This document shows, piece by piece, positions 18,780-28,495 of a DNA stretch of 64,000 nucleotides. The notes below the pieces were generated by a model. That model had not been told where the DNA came from. It saw only the letters and a program-made list of their open reading frames with translations, and made no database searches. Position 1 is the stretch's first letter; every line of letters begins with the position of its first letter. Source of the stretch: an uncultured Candidatus Binatia bacterium (lineage in GTDB: Bacteria; Desulfobacterota; Binatia; Bin18); NCBI GenBank assembly GCA_965214605.1, contig OZ243961.1, positions 3,936,001 to 4,000,000 on the forward strand, read 5' to 3'. The translations under genes and the position numbers were made by a program.

Positions 18780-19601
18780 CTAGCTGCCCGTGTAGCCGGG
18801 ATTGGTCGGCCGTTCGAGCCAGTCACGGCGTTTGTCATACGGCAGGTCGATATAGGTTTGCATGGCCAGCAGTCCGTCGTCCGAGAGCATGGTCTCTAGA
18901 AAGTCGGCGCTTTCAATCTCCAAGCCGGCACTCAGATGCGTATCACTTCCAGTATACACAGCGTGTTTAGCCCGAGCGACGGCGAGCGGCGGGAAGCTGG
19001 CAATCTCCCGGCCAATCTCTTGCGCCCGCACCAGGGCATCATCGGCAAGCTCGTGCACCAGACCGAGCGCTAGGGCTTCTTCGGGACGGACTACCCGGGA
19101 GCGCAGCACAAACTCGATCGCCCGGCCGGGACCGATCAGACGGGACAGCCGCTGGGTCCCGCTGCCGCCCGGCAGAATACCAAGTTTCACTTCCGGCAGA
19201 CCAAAGCGATAGTCGCCACGCTGGCCAATACGGATATCGCAGGCCAAGCTCAGCTCAAAGCCGCCTCCCATCGTGTCACCGTTCATGGCCACGATGACCG
19301 GCTTGGGCAGATTGCGCAGACGCAACAACATGGCGTGATAGCCGGCGGTTAGCGAGGTACCCAGCGCCCGCATCTTTTCCCGGTCACGGGCCAGATCGAC
19401 GAGCTCTTCCACGCTATAGTGGGTAATGAACTTGCCCGGTAGGGCACCGCTCAAAACGACGGCTCGGTAGGACGGCTCGCGCCAGGCTTCAATGAGTCGG
19501 TTCAACTCTTGAGTCCCCTCAGCGCAGAAATAATTCATCGGCGGGTTGTTATAGCGAGCTAGCACAACGCCGTCCGTTGTTTCGGTCGTCCACATGCTCA
19601 T
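18780..19601 (-). CDS. Enoyl-CoA hydratase/isomerase family protein
   Basis: GGGFELSLACDIR, PEVKLGILPGGSGTQRL. Confidence 0.92.
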   Translation of the reverse strand: MSMWTTETTDGVVLARYNNPPMNYFCAEGTQELNRLIEAWREPSYRAVVLSGALPGKFITHYSVEELVDLARDREKMRALGTSLTAGYHAMLLRLRNLPKPVIVAMNGDTMGGGFELSLACDIRIGQRGDYRFGLPEVKLGILPGGSGTQRLSRLIGPGRAIEFVLRSRVVRPEEALALGLVHELADDALVRAQEIGREIASFPPLAVARAKHAVYTGSDTHLSAGLEIESADFLETMLSDDGLLAMQTYIDLPYDKRRDWLERPTNPGYTGS

Positions 19602-19811
19602 AGTCTCCTCCTGTCGGTGTGTTGATTGTGGCTCATACGCCAGGAAGTGGGGTGGAGCAAGGGGTGGAGAAGCGACAGTTGAAGCGGGTCGGGCGGATAC
19701 ACGTCGGGTTTTGCTGTTGCCGGCACCCCTCCTCTCCGAAGCTCCTCTCGTAGCCAACCCAACCAACTCCAGCTACAATCGGTACGATGTCTACAAACAA
19801 GGAGGATTGCC

Positions 19812-20723
19812 ATGCCACACCCCAAACCCGCCGTTGCCTTGGTCGCGGTTGCCGGACGACGCAAAGCAACCCTGGAAGTCGCTCAACAACTCGAACACGA
19901 AGACTTTAGCGGCATTTACTGCCAGAGCGTGGGCGATGGCCTAGGCTTATGCGAAGCCTTGGCCTTGGTTACCAACGAAATCCCGTTTGGGACTAGCATC
20001 GCCAACCTGTACACCCGCCATCCCTACGATTACGCGCAAACCGCGGCCTTTATTCACGAAATTTCGGGCGGCCGCTTCCGTTTCGGTATTGGGGTGAGTC
20101 ACGGCCCGGTCCATAAACGCATGAATCTCCAGGTCGGAAAACCGCTGGCTGATGTGCGCCGGTTCATTCAAGACATGCGGGCCGGACTCCCGAAAAACGA
20201 CAGCCTCCCGCCGATTATTCTGGCCACCCTGCGCAGGGCCATGGCTAAACTGTCGGCCGAGGTTTCGCAGGGCGCGGTGTGGGCCAACGCCGCACGGTCG
20301 CATATGGCGACCTCGCTCAGCTTTCTGCCGCCTGAAAAGATGCAGGATGACAACTTCTTTGTCGGGAATATGATCCCGACCGTGATTACGGACGATAAGG
20401 CCGCGGCTGCTAAAGTCCTACGACGCATCCTTAGCTCGTATGTAATCTTGCCCAACTATCAGCAGTACTGGATTGAGGCCGGCTTTGAGGAAGAGATGGG
20501 GGATATCCAGCAGGCGACCGCCAATAAACAGCTCGACAAGATTCCGGCGCTGATGTCGGACCGCTGGCTGCAACAGACGACGTTGTACGGCAGCGTCTCC
20601 GAAGTACGAGACGGGGTCGAGGCCTGGTATGAGACCGGTCTGAAGACGCCGATTCTTGTTCCCTCATCGGCAAACGGCAATCAAATGGTTGCCCTCCAAG
20701 AGACAATAGAGGCATTCCGCTAA
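19812..20723 (+). CDS. LLM-class flavin-dependent oxidoreductase
   Basis: FGTSIANLYTRHP, SGGRFRFGIGVSH. Confidence 0.88.
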   Translation: MPHPKPAVALVAVAGRRKATLEVAQQLEHEDFSGIYCQSVGDGLGLCEALALVTNEIPFGTSIANLYTRHPYDYAQTAAFIHEISGGRFRFGIGVSHGPVHKRMNLQVGKPLADVRRFIQDMRAGLPKNDSLPPIILATLRRAMAKLSAEVSQGAVWANAARSHMATSLSFLPPEKMQDDNFFVGNMIPTVITDDKAAAAKVLRRILSSYVILPNYQQYWIEAGFEEEMGDIQQATANKQLDKIPALMSDRWLQQTTLYGSVSEVRDGVEAWYETGLKTPILVPSSANGNQMVALQETIEAFR

Positions 20724-20739
20724 AGATAAGGAGTTCGCC

Positions 20740-21870
20740 ATGAAACACTATCGCGTTGTCTCGGCCGATTCTCACGCGATTGAGCCGCCCGACCTGTGGC
20801 AACACTATCTGCCCCAAGGGTATAAAGACCGTGGTCCACGGATTGTCTCGACCGACTCTGGCGATCGCTGGGTGTGTGAGGGCCTGCCGTCTCACGTGGC
20901 CAAGCGTCCTATGGGGGCGGTGGCCAGAAATCGGGACAAAGCCTATGCCGCAGCGGCTGAGGGCGATAAACGCTACGCCACGGATAACAACGACTGGCAG
21001 CCGGATGCCCGGGTCGAGTATATGCGTATGGACGGGGTCGATGCCGAGGTGCTGTATCCCAACTATACCATGCGGGCGTTTGGGATTCCGGACCAACAGC
21101 TCCAGCAGGCGGTGTGTCAGGCGTATAATGACTGGCTGAGCGATTTTTGTCGCTCCCACCCCCAGGATTTGTTCGGCGTTGCCGTTGTCCCGGCCTTCGA
21201 CGTTGAGTGGGCGATTCAGGAGTGCCGCCGGGCCAAGGAAAAGGGGCTCGTCGGCGTGCTCCTCCCCCAGGATACACCGGACGGCTCACGCTATTCGACA
21301 CCCCAGTGGGACCCGCTGTGGGCGATGCTGGCCGAGCTGAGTATGCCGCTGAGCTTGCACATTATTGCCTCCGGTCATGCCAATGTGAACTGGACACAGG
21401 ATGAAACCGGCGAAGAGAGTGCAGCCGTTGGCTATGCCGTTCTGCCGGTCCGGATGGCACGGGCCTTTGCCACCTTTATCTTGGAAGGGGTGTTTGACCG
21501 TCATCCCGGTCTGCGCTTGATCTCAGCCGAGAACGAACTGTCGTGGGCGGCCAATTTTTTGCATCGCCTGGACTGGGGCTATCATCGGCGCACCATGGCC
21601 AAGGACCCGCTGGTCAGGTGCCGGCGTTTGCCTAGCGAGTACTGGCACGAGCACTGTTACTTGACCTTTATTGATGACGTCCCAGGGATTATGCTGCGTG
21701 AGTTTATCGGCGTTGGTCGTATTATGTGGTCGTCAGATTTTCCCCACCTGGACAGCAGTTGGCCAGAGTCGCGGCAGTTTCTCGGTCGACATTTTGCCAG
21801 CGTACCCGCCGAACACATGCAGTCTATTGTGGCTGAGAACTGCGTGCAGCTGTATCAGCTGGGCAGGTAG
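20740..21870 (+). CDS. Amidohydrolase_2 family protein
   Basis: SADSHAIEPPDLW, AYNDWL, IMWSSDFPH. Confidence 0.92.
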   Translation: MKHYRVVSADSHAIEPPDLWQHYLPQGYKDRGPRIVSTDSGDRWVCEGLPSHVAKRPMGAVARNRDKAYAAAAEGDKRYATDNNDWQPDARVEYMRMDGVDAEVLYPNYTMRAFGIPDQQLQQAVCQAYNDWLSDFCRSHPQDLFGVAVVPAFDVEWAIQECRRAKEKGLVGVLLPQDTPDGSRYSTPQWDPLWAMLAELSMPLSLHIIASGHANVNWTQDETGEESAAVGYAVLPVRMARAFATFILEGVFDRHPGLRLISAENELSWAANFLHRLDWGYHRRTMAKDPLVRCRRLPSEYWHEHCYLTFIDDVPGIMLREFIGVGRIMWSSDFPHLDSSWPESRQFLGRHFASVPAEHMQSIVAENCVQLYQLGR

Positions 21871-21898
21871 TCCGAGGGACAGCCACAGGGAGCTGCCT

Positions 21899-22774
21899 CT
21901 AGTGTTGCAAAAAGGCGATGATCCGTTGATTCACCTCCTGGGGCCGCTCTAAATGGAGAAAGTGTCCGGTACCGGGATAAATCTCTTTGTCTATCCCCTT
22001 GGCAAACAGGTGATCCATGGCGTTAAAAGCGTTTAGCCGACCGGGTCGGTCTTTTGTGCCGTGGAGGGCTAGGCTAGGAACCGGGGTCGGCTGAGTCAAA
22101 CGGCCTTGTAAATCTTGGAGGGCCGGGTCGCGATTGTCCGGATTAAAGGTGTGGCGGTAATAGTCAAGCGCCGCGTTGACTACCCCGGGCTGTCGAAAGG
22201 TATTTTTGACGCTCTCCATGACGTCGTCGGGAATGTCGTATTCGGGTGAGGCGTCTTGCCACCAGCGTCTGATGAACTCATAGTCATTGGCGGCCACGGC
22301 CTGATCGGCAAACGGCATCTGGAAAAAATAAGCGTGCCAGCCGCCCTTGATCATGTCATAGTCTGTAGCAAGAGCGCCCAGCAGTGCCCCGGGATGGGCA
22401 ACTGCAATGGTGACGATCTTCTGCACGGCGTCGGCTGCCAGGGCTGCGGCCCCATAGGTTGCCAGCGCGCCCCAGTCGTGGCCAACTACGCACGCCTGCT
22501 CAGCGCCAAGGGCGCTGATGAGCGCAGCCGCGTCTTGGGCTAAAAGGACCGACTGATAGTGCCCGTCTGGAGCGGCAGCGGTTGGGGCATAACCGCGCAT
22601 AAACGGGGCCACGCCCCGAAATCCGGCCTCGGCCAGAGCCGGTAAGAGATAACGATAGGAATAGGCGTTGTCCGGAAAACCGTGCAGGCACAGGACCAGC
22701 GGACCTTGGCCCGCTTCAAGGTAGTGAAAACGGATACCGTTCGCTTGGACGCTGCCGGTGTTGAGTGTCGTCAT
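21899..22774 (-). CDS. Alpha/beta hydrolase, epoxide hydrolase-like
   Basis: LHGFPD, GHDWG, GHFLHLE. Confidence 0.9.
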   Translation of the reverse strand: MTTLNTGSVQANGIRFHYLEAGQGPLVLCLHGFPDNAYSYRYLLPALAEAGFRGVAPFMRGYAPTAAAPDGHYQSVLLAQDAAALISALGAEQACVVGHDWGALATYGAAALAADAVQKIVTIAVAHPGALLGALATDYDMIKGGWHAYFFQMPFADQAVAANDYEFIRRWWQDASPEYDIPDDVMESVKNTFRQPGVVNAALDYYRHTFNPDNRDPALQDLQGRLTQPTPVPSLALHGTKDRPGRLNAFNAMDHLFAKGIDKEIYPGTGHFLHLERPQEVNQRIIAFLQH

Positions 22775-22951
22775 ATTTTTCCCTTCTAGGGGTGGAACCT
22801 AAGGTGTGACAAAGAAGCTTAGGCCGTACGGCGCTTCTCCGGGCAATACCAAAAAAGCCCAGCATTGCCAAACCCACCCTGGATACACTATACCGTCTTG
22901 TGGCTGGGCCGCTGAGAGCCGCCTGCTGGCCCGGCACCTTGTGGAGGAGCC

Positions 22952-24277
22952 ATGGACGATCTTGATCAACAGATTGCAGAGCTGGAACGTCAGCTCTCCG
23001 AACTCAAGCAACGCCGGGCGGTTTACGGTTCAAGCCAAGCCGCCACCCCCGACCGTCCTCTTCCTTTGCGGGGCGTGCGGGTTGTGGATATCTCACGTTT
23101 TTTGGTCGGACCGTTTTGCACCCAGATGCTGGCGGATATGGGGGCTGAGGTTATCAAAATCGAACCCCTGCCCGGCGGAGATCTGATGCGGGCGGCGGGC
23201 AGTCAAGACTGGGGCGGGGAGAACCTGTTCTTTCTGGCACGCAACCGTAACAAGCAGAGCCTCGCGCTGGACATTAGACAGGACGCCGGCCGTGAGGTTT
23301 TATATCGGCTTATGAAGACGGCCGACGTGTTTGTCGAAAATTTTCGACCGGGTGCGGCGGAAAAGCTCGGGGTGGGCTACGAGCGGCTCAAAGGCTATAA
23401 TCCACAGCTCATTTACTGCGCGATCTCGGGTTATGGCCAGGAGGGACCGGAGCGCGAGCGGCCCGGCCAGGATTTGCTCATTCAGGCTTTCTCCGGGCTG
23501 GTCAGTATCACTGGCTGGGACGGCGGCCCGCCAACCACGGTCGGCACGTTCGTGGCCGATATGGTCGGTGCTTTTCACTGTGCCTATGGCATTGCTATTG
23601 CACTGTTGGGCCGCGAGCGGCTGGGGCTCGGCCAAAAACTTGAGGTGTCACTATTGGATAGTCTGCTGGCGCTACAAACCATGGAAGCGACGAGCTACCT
23701 CAACACTGGGGTGCCGCCAAAAAAAGCCGGGGCCGGACACGGTATTGCCCCGGCCCCATATCGGATTTTTGAGGCCCAGGGCGGTACCTTCGCCCTGGTT
23801 GCGCCCTCGCAGGCCTGGTGGCGGCGGCTGTGCAAAGTTCCCGAATTGCAGGATATCTGTGCCGATCCGCGCTTTGCCTCGCGAGAATCCCGAGGGACGC
23901 ATGCCGACGCGCTCAACACGCTGCTCGAAGAACGTTTTAAGGACAAATCCGCGGCCTACTGGTTAGCCCGTTTTGCCGAATACGACGTCTTAGCCGCACC
24001 GGTCTATACCTACGCGGAGGTGTTCAACGACCCCCAGGTCATCCACAATGAAATGGTTATCAGTCAGCAGCATCCCAAGGCCGGGTCGATTCGAACGCTG
24101 GGCATACCGGTCAAGTTGACCCGCACCCCGGGGCATACCGGGACGCCCGCGCCGCTCTTCGGCCAGCATACTGAGGCGGTGTTGACCGGCCTGGGCTATA
24201 GTCAGGCCGAGGTTGAGCGCTTACGTTTGGCAGGGGTGGTTGCCCAAGCAGAACAACGGACCAATAGAGCAGGCTAG
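22952..24277 (+). CDS. Family III CoA-transferase (CaiB/BaiF) with a short N-terminal coiled coil
   Basis: GPFCTQMLADMGAEVIKIE, NRNKQS, ENFRPG. Confidence 0.93.
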   Translation: MDDLDQQIAELERQLSELKQRRAVYGSSQAATPDRPLPLRGVRVVDISRFLVGPFCTQMLADMGAEVIKIEPLPGGDLMRAAGSQDWGGENLFFLARNRNKQSLALDIRQDAGREVLYRLMKTADVFVENFRPGAAEKLGVGYERLKGYNPQLIYCAISGYGQEGPERERPGQDLLIQAFSGLVSITGWDGGPPTTVGTFVADMVGAFHCAYGIAIALLGRERLGLGQKLEVSLLDSLLALQTMEATSYLNTGVPPKKAGAGHGIAPAPYRIFEAQGGTFALVAPSQAWWRRLCKVPELQDICADPRFASRESRGTHADALNTLLEERFKDKSAAYWLARFAEYDVLAAPVYTYAEVFNDPQVIHNEMVISQQHPKAGSIRTLGIPVKLTRTPGHTGTPAPLFGQHTEAVLTGLGYSQAEVERLRLAGVVAQAEQRTNRAG

Positions 24278-24321
24278 GCTGGGTCTCTGGTGCCGAGAAA
24301 TTTTTTGAGGAGGAACACGCT

Positions 24322-25104
24322 ATGGAGCTTGGATTACAGGGCAGGGTCGCGCTTATCACCGGGGGTAGTGAGGGGATTGGCAAGGGCATTGCGGTGTGCT
24401 TGACGCGGGAAGGCGCCAAGGTGGCCATCTGCGCCCGACGCCCAGAGGTACTCGAACAGGCCGCAGCCGACGTACGGAGGCAAACCGGTGGCGGAGTGTT
24501 CGCCGTAGCGGCTGATGTCACTAAACGTGAGGACGTTGACAACTTCGTGGCCAAAGCAGCCGCGCATTTTGGACGAATCGATATTTTGGTCAATAACGCC
24601 GGCCGCTCGGCGGCCAAGAAGTTTGAAGACATCAGCGAGGAAGAGTGGAACGAAGATCTTGACCTGAAGTTCACCGCTGCGGTGCGCTGCGCCCGAGCCG
24701 TTCTGCCCCACATGCGCGCAGTCGGGGGCGGGCGGATCATCAACGTCACCCATCCGGGAGGCAAAGCCCCGGGAGCACGGTCTTTGCCCACCTCGGTCAG
24801 CCGGGCCGCGGGCATTGCGCTCACCAAAGCCCTGTCCCTGGACTACGCCGGGGAGAATATTCTGGTCAACACCGTCTGTCTGACCAATATCGTCAGTGCC
24901 CAGACCGAGCGCTATTGGCGGCGGATGGGAGCCAAGGGAACGCTTGAGGCATTCAAGGACAACATGTCCCAAAACGTGCCGCTCAAGCGTCTGGGCCAGC
25001 CCGAAGAGGTCGGCGCTCTGGTTGCCTTCCTGGTCTCAGATCAGGCCAGTTTCATCACCGGAACGGCGATTAATATCGACGGCGGAGTGTCCGCGGTCGT
25101 GTAG
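24322..25104 (+). CDS. SDR family oxidoreductase
   Basis: TGGSEGIG, DILVNNAG, FITGTAINIDGG; the catalytic YxxxK position reads TSVSR. Confidence 0.9.
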   Translation: MELGLQGRVALITGGSEGIGKGIAVCLTREGAKVAICARRPEVLEQAAADVRRQTGGGVFAVAADVTKREDVDNFVAKAAAHFGRIDILVNNAGRSAAKKFEDISEEEWNEDLDLKFTAAVRCARAVLPHMRAVGGGRIINVTHPGGKAPGARSLPTSVSRAAGIALTKALSLDYAGENILVNTVCLTNIVSAQTERYWRRMGAKGTLEAFKDNMSQNVPLKRLGQPEEVGALVAFLVSDQASFITGTAINIDGGVSAVV

Positions 25105-25233
25105 GGGACAAGGGGTCTGGCCGCTGGACCAAGACCGGAACTTTATCCGAGGACAGCGTCGGGTCTGTGCGCGGTAGGTCGGGTTAGCAGAGCGTAATCC
25201 GGGATGCTGTCTGACAGGAGAGAAAGGGGGCGC

Positions 25234-25485
25234 ATGGATATTTGGGATTGGGAGAAGCAATTTCGTGAACGTATAGAAAAAATCGACGAATCTCAAAGAC
25301 AAAAGGCAGGAGCTCTACTTCCTGTCGTTCCTGACCGCCAAGACTGGAACAAATTTTGCCGCTTGATGGACAGCTTTTTAGGGAGGGCTGTGGACGGAGA
25401 CCTGCCATGCTGTCTAATCGTCCTTTATGCTGGCGTGGCATTTTACGATTCTTCAATATCCCTTTGCCCGCTGCCATTTTCTTAG
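25234..25485 (+). CDS. Hypothetical protein, possibly a truncated fragment
   Basis: RBS-preceded ATG (MDIWDWEKQF...), AT-richer than neighbours, overlaps the stop of the convergent gene. Confidence 0.35.
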   Translation: MDIWDWEKQFRERIEKIDESQRQKAGALLPVVPDRQDWNKFCRLMDSFLGRAVDGDLPCCLIVLYAGVAFYDSSISLCPLPFS

Positions 25486-25892
25486 ACTCTCTCGCGGTCC
25501 TTCCCGCGGCCCTGAAGGAAAGGGAACCAGCGCGGCGTAACTGCCTGATAAGCCTCATAGTCCCCACCAAACCGCTTTCTTAGAGCCGGCTCTTCTCTGA
25601 GGATCACAAACAGATGAGCTAGCAGAGCAAAAGCTACGCTGAACACACCCAAGCCGGCAGACCGGAACCAAGCCGCGCCCCCGAGCCCGAGACAAAAGAC
25701 CCCGAGTAGCATGGGATGCTGGATATAGGCGTAGGGGCCGGAGACAACCATCCGCTTTGGTTGGGCAAAGGACAGGAGCGTCGTATCTCCTCGGCGGGTG
25801 AGATAGGAGGCGGCGGAGAAGAACACCACGGCTCCGCCCACACACAACACCACTCCAACAACAGTGCAGGCAAGACCGATCGAACCCGCCAT
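25482..25892 (-). CDS. Isoprenylcysteine carboxyl methyltransferase / PEMT family membrane protein
   Basis: GPYAYIQHPM, EEPALRKRFG..YEAY...PRW. Confidence 0.85.
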   Translation of the reverse strand: MAGSIGLACTVVGVVLCVGGAVVFFSAASYLTRRGDTTLLSFAQPKRMVVSGPYAYIQHPMLLGVFCLGLGGAAWFRSAGLGVFSVAFALLAHLFVILREEPALRKRFGGDYEAYQAVTPRWFPFLQGRGKDRERV

Positions 25893-25921
25893 CCCTTTCT
25901 CACATAGACACAGAGCCCTGC

Positions 25922-26692
25922 TTACTCCCCCCGGAACTGCGGTTTGCGTTTCTCCAGCATGGCTTTGACGCCTTCTTTCGCATCCTGACTAGTCCGCGCT
26001 GCGGCCGCCATCTGCTGCAAATCTTGATAGTCAATTGTTTTGCGCAGTGAAATCGCGCGGTGGATAGTAGTTTTCATGCCGGACAGGGATAGCGGGGCGT
26101 TATCGGCAATCGTCCGGGCCAAGTCATACGTGGCCTGCTCAAGTGCGACGGCCGGGACTAGCTGATGCACCATGCCCATGTCATAGGCGCGTGCGGCCTC
26201 GACCGGTTGGCCGCTCAGCAAAATCTGTTTGGTAAAGGCCGGTCCAACAATCTCGACCAGTTTTTGGCACAGCGGAAACGGAATGACCAACCCCAGGCGG
26301 GCCAGCGGCATACCAAAGCGGGCCAGGTCTGACACGACCCGCAGGTCACAGTGGAGGGCCAGCTCACAGCCACCGGCTAGGGCGTCGCCCTGGACCATAG
26401 CAATAGTTGGGTGGCGCGAGCCCTCGATCATCTGCAGAATCTCGACCACGCCCATCTCAGCATCAGCGCCCTGCTGACGAGCGCTGAGTTCGCGCAGATC
26501 AAGACCGGCGCAAAACGCTCGCCCCTCGCCACGGATGACAATGACCCGGACGGCTGTGTTGGTTTCGAGTTCGGTGAAGTTCTTGACCAGGCCGTCGAGC
26601 AAGGCGCTATTCATGGCATTGCGTTTCTCGGGGCGGTTCATGGTGATGGTGGCAATGCCGTCTTGAATGGAACACAGGATTTCCTCAGCCAT
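25922..26692 (-). CDS. Enoyl-CoA hydratase/isomerase family protein
   Basis: NRPEKRNA, FCAGLDL, GGCELALHCD. Confidence 0.93.
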   Translation of the reverse strand: MAEEILCSIQDGIATITMNRPEKRNAMNSALLDGLVKNFTELETNTAVRVIVIRGEGRAFCAGLDLRELSARQQGADAEMGVVEILQMIEGSRHPTIAMVQGDALAGGCELALHCDLRVVSDLARFGMPLARLGLVIPFPLCQKLVEIVGPAFTKQILLSGQPVEAARAYDMGMVHQLVPAVALEQATYDLARTIADNAPLSLSGMKTTIHRAISLRKTIDYQDLQQMAAAARTSQDAKEGVKAMLEKRKPQFRGE

Positions 26693-26722
26693 AGTCTGTC
26701 TCCTCTTTTTGTCCGGCCCACG

Positions 26723-27193
26723 CTACTCGTTAAACTTCCACGTATCGCCTGCGGTGCCGCAGATTTTCCAGCGCGGCACAACAATATCTGGCTCGCTGGT
26801 TTGCTCAAACTCGACCTCGACCGGCAGACCAATAGCCACGGCGTCCTCGTCGTCGAGCAGGACTCCGCCGACGCGAACTAGCGAGCCGTCGGCCTCGTGG
26901 CAGTCGTCGAGCTCAATCAAGCCCACGACATACGGCACGGCCTCGACAAAGGCGCCTAGAATGGGCTGAGTGACCACAATATAGCTGTGCAGTACGCCTT
27001 TGCCGGCCGTTGCAAACCAGTCCAGGTCCATGCAGTTACACTTGTTGCAGGCCGGAAAGGGCGGGAACCATTTGTGACCACAGTCTTTGCACTGGCGGAC
27101 CAAATACTTGCCCTCTTTGGTGCCCATCCACCATTCGGCCGTGTCGAAATCTGGGACAATCGTAATTTTGCTGTAATCAATCGGACCTGGCAT
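26723..27193 (-). CDS. DUF35 Zn-ribbon/OB-fold protein (ChsH2 C-terminal-like)
   Basis: CKDCGH..FPP...CNKC, PYVVGLIELD; adjacent to a thiolase-like gene. Confidence 0.88.
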   Translation of the reverse strand: MPGPIDYSKITIVPDFDTAEWWMGTKEGKYLVRQCKDCGHKWFPPFPACNKCNCMDLDWFATAGKGVLHSYIVVTQPILGAFVEAVPYVVGLIELDDCHEADGSLVRVGGVLLDDEDAVAIGLPVEVEFEQTSEPDIVVPRWKICGTAGDTWKFNE

Positions 27194-27206
27194 ACTCCGC
27201 CCTCCT

Positions 27207-28436
27207 TTAGGCCGAAATCCCGCGCAGAATCGCTGAACTTGACATAGTTTCCGTTCCCCATCCCAGACACGCCGCGATCCGGGCGTCTTTCACCTGCCGA
27301 CAGCCGGCCTCACGGTCGTAGCGGTGCTTCCCCTCGGCCCAGCCCAGACAGGCGTCATCGGCGCGGTGACGGAGCTGGCGGACATTCTCAATCACCATGC
27401 TTATCCCGTGGGTATAGCCCTCGGACAGATGGCCACCGGACAGGTTGGAGGGCAGCTCATGATCGATCTGTAAGCGCCCGCCTTTGACAAACTCGCCGGC
27501 TTCGCCCTTGCCGCAGAACCCGTAGGCTTCAAGCTGGATCAGAGTGGTAAAGGTGAAGGCGTCGTAGCACGAGATCAGGTTGACGTCTTTCTGGCTGATG
27601 CCGGCCATACCGAACAAACGCTGACGACCATAATTGCCGGCCACATAATGAATCTCCGGACGGGAATAGTTCCAAGCCGCGTTTGGCGCCATGGTGCGGC
27701 CGGTCCCCCCCATGATAAACACCGGCGGTTGGCGCAGATCGTAGGCCCGCTCACGCGAGGTAACAATCAGAGCAGCAGACACATCGGTCTCCAAACAGCA
27801 GTCCAGGAGGCGGAACGGTTTGACGATCCAGCGCGAGTTCTGGTGGTCCTCAATCGTGATGGGGTTGCGCATAATGGCCTTGGGGTTCAGGCTGGCGTGG
27901 CGTCGGTGAGCCACCGCAACCTCGGCCAAGGACTTTGTGGTTGTGCCGGTGTCGCGTAAATAGCGCATGGCCGACATGCCGAAACGCTGGGCCGGAGAGG
28001 TCCAGCCCCAGTGCATCATGAACTGATTGTCTTCGGCCGCCCGGGTTGGCGGAACCGGACCGCTCGGTGCTTGTCCGCCCATGCGACGGCCCGAGCGACC
28101 GTTCATCGAGCGGAAGATTACCATGGTTTTACAATAGCTCGCTTCGAGCAGGCCGATCGTATTCCCGATCAAGGCCTCGGTACTTGAGCCGCCGCCCAGG
28201 ATATCGACCGAATAATTGAGGCGCATACCCAGCGAGGTTGCAATATGGTTCGAGGTAGTCGAATCGCCGGCCTGATAACTCGTCATACCGTCGATGTCGC
28301 CCGGTCCAAGGCCGGCGTCGGCCATAGCCTTTTTAATGGCCTCACAGGCCATAGACAGGGTGGTGCGGTTCGACGGTCGCATATGTGGCGTCTCGCCCAC
28401 TCCAACAATGCAATATTTATCGGTCAGTGCTCCCAT
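27207..28436 (-). CDS. Thiolase-fold lipid-transfer protein (Ltp2/SCP-x-like aldolase)
   Basis: IVGVGET, LLDCCLETD, YDAFT, SGGHLSEGYTHG. Confidence 0.88.
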   Translation of the reverse strand: MGALTDKYCIVGVGETPHMRPSNRTTLSMACEAIKKAMADAGLGPGDIDGMTSYQAGDSTTSNHIATSLGMRLNYSVDILGGGSSTEALIGNTIGLLEASYCKTMVIFRSMNGRSGRRMGGQAPSGPVPPTRAAEDNQFMMHWGWTSPAQRFGMSAMRYLRDTGTTTKSLAEVAVAHRRHASLNPKAIMRNPITIEDHQNSRWIVKPFRLLDCCLETDVSAALIVTSRERAYDLRQPPVFIMGGTGRTMAPNAAWNYSRPEIHYVAGNYGRQRLFGMAGISQKDVNLISCYDAFTFTTLIQLEAYGFCGKGEAGEFVKGGRLQIDHELPSNLSGGHLSEGYTHGISMVIENVRQLRHRADDACLGWAEGKHRYDREAGCRQVKDARIAACLGWGTETMSSSAILRGISA

Positions 28437-28495
28437 GGTGCCTCCTGTATGATAGCGCGTTCACGACGACGGTCTTTTGACGCGGTGATCAGTCC

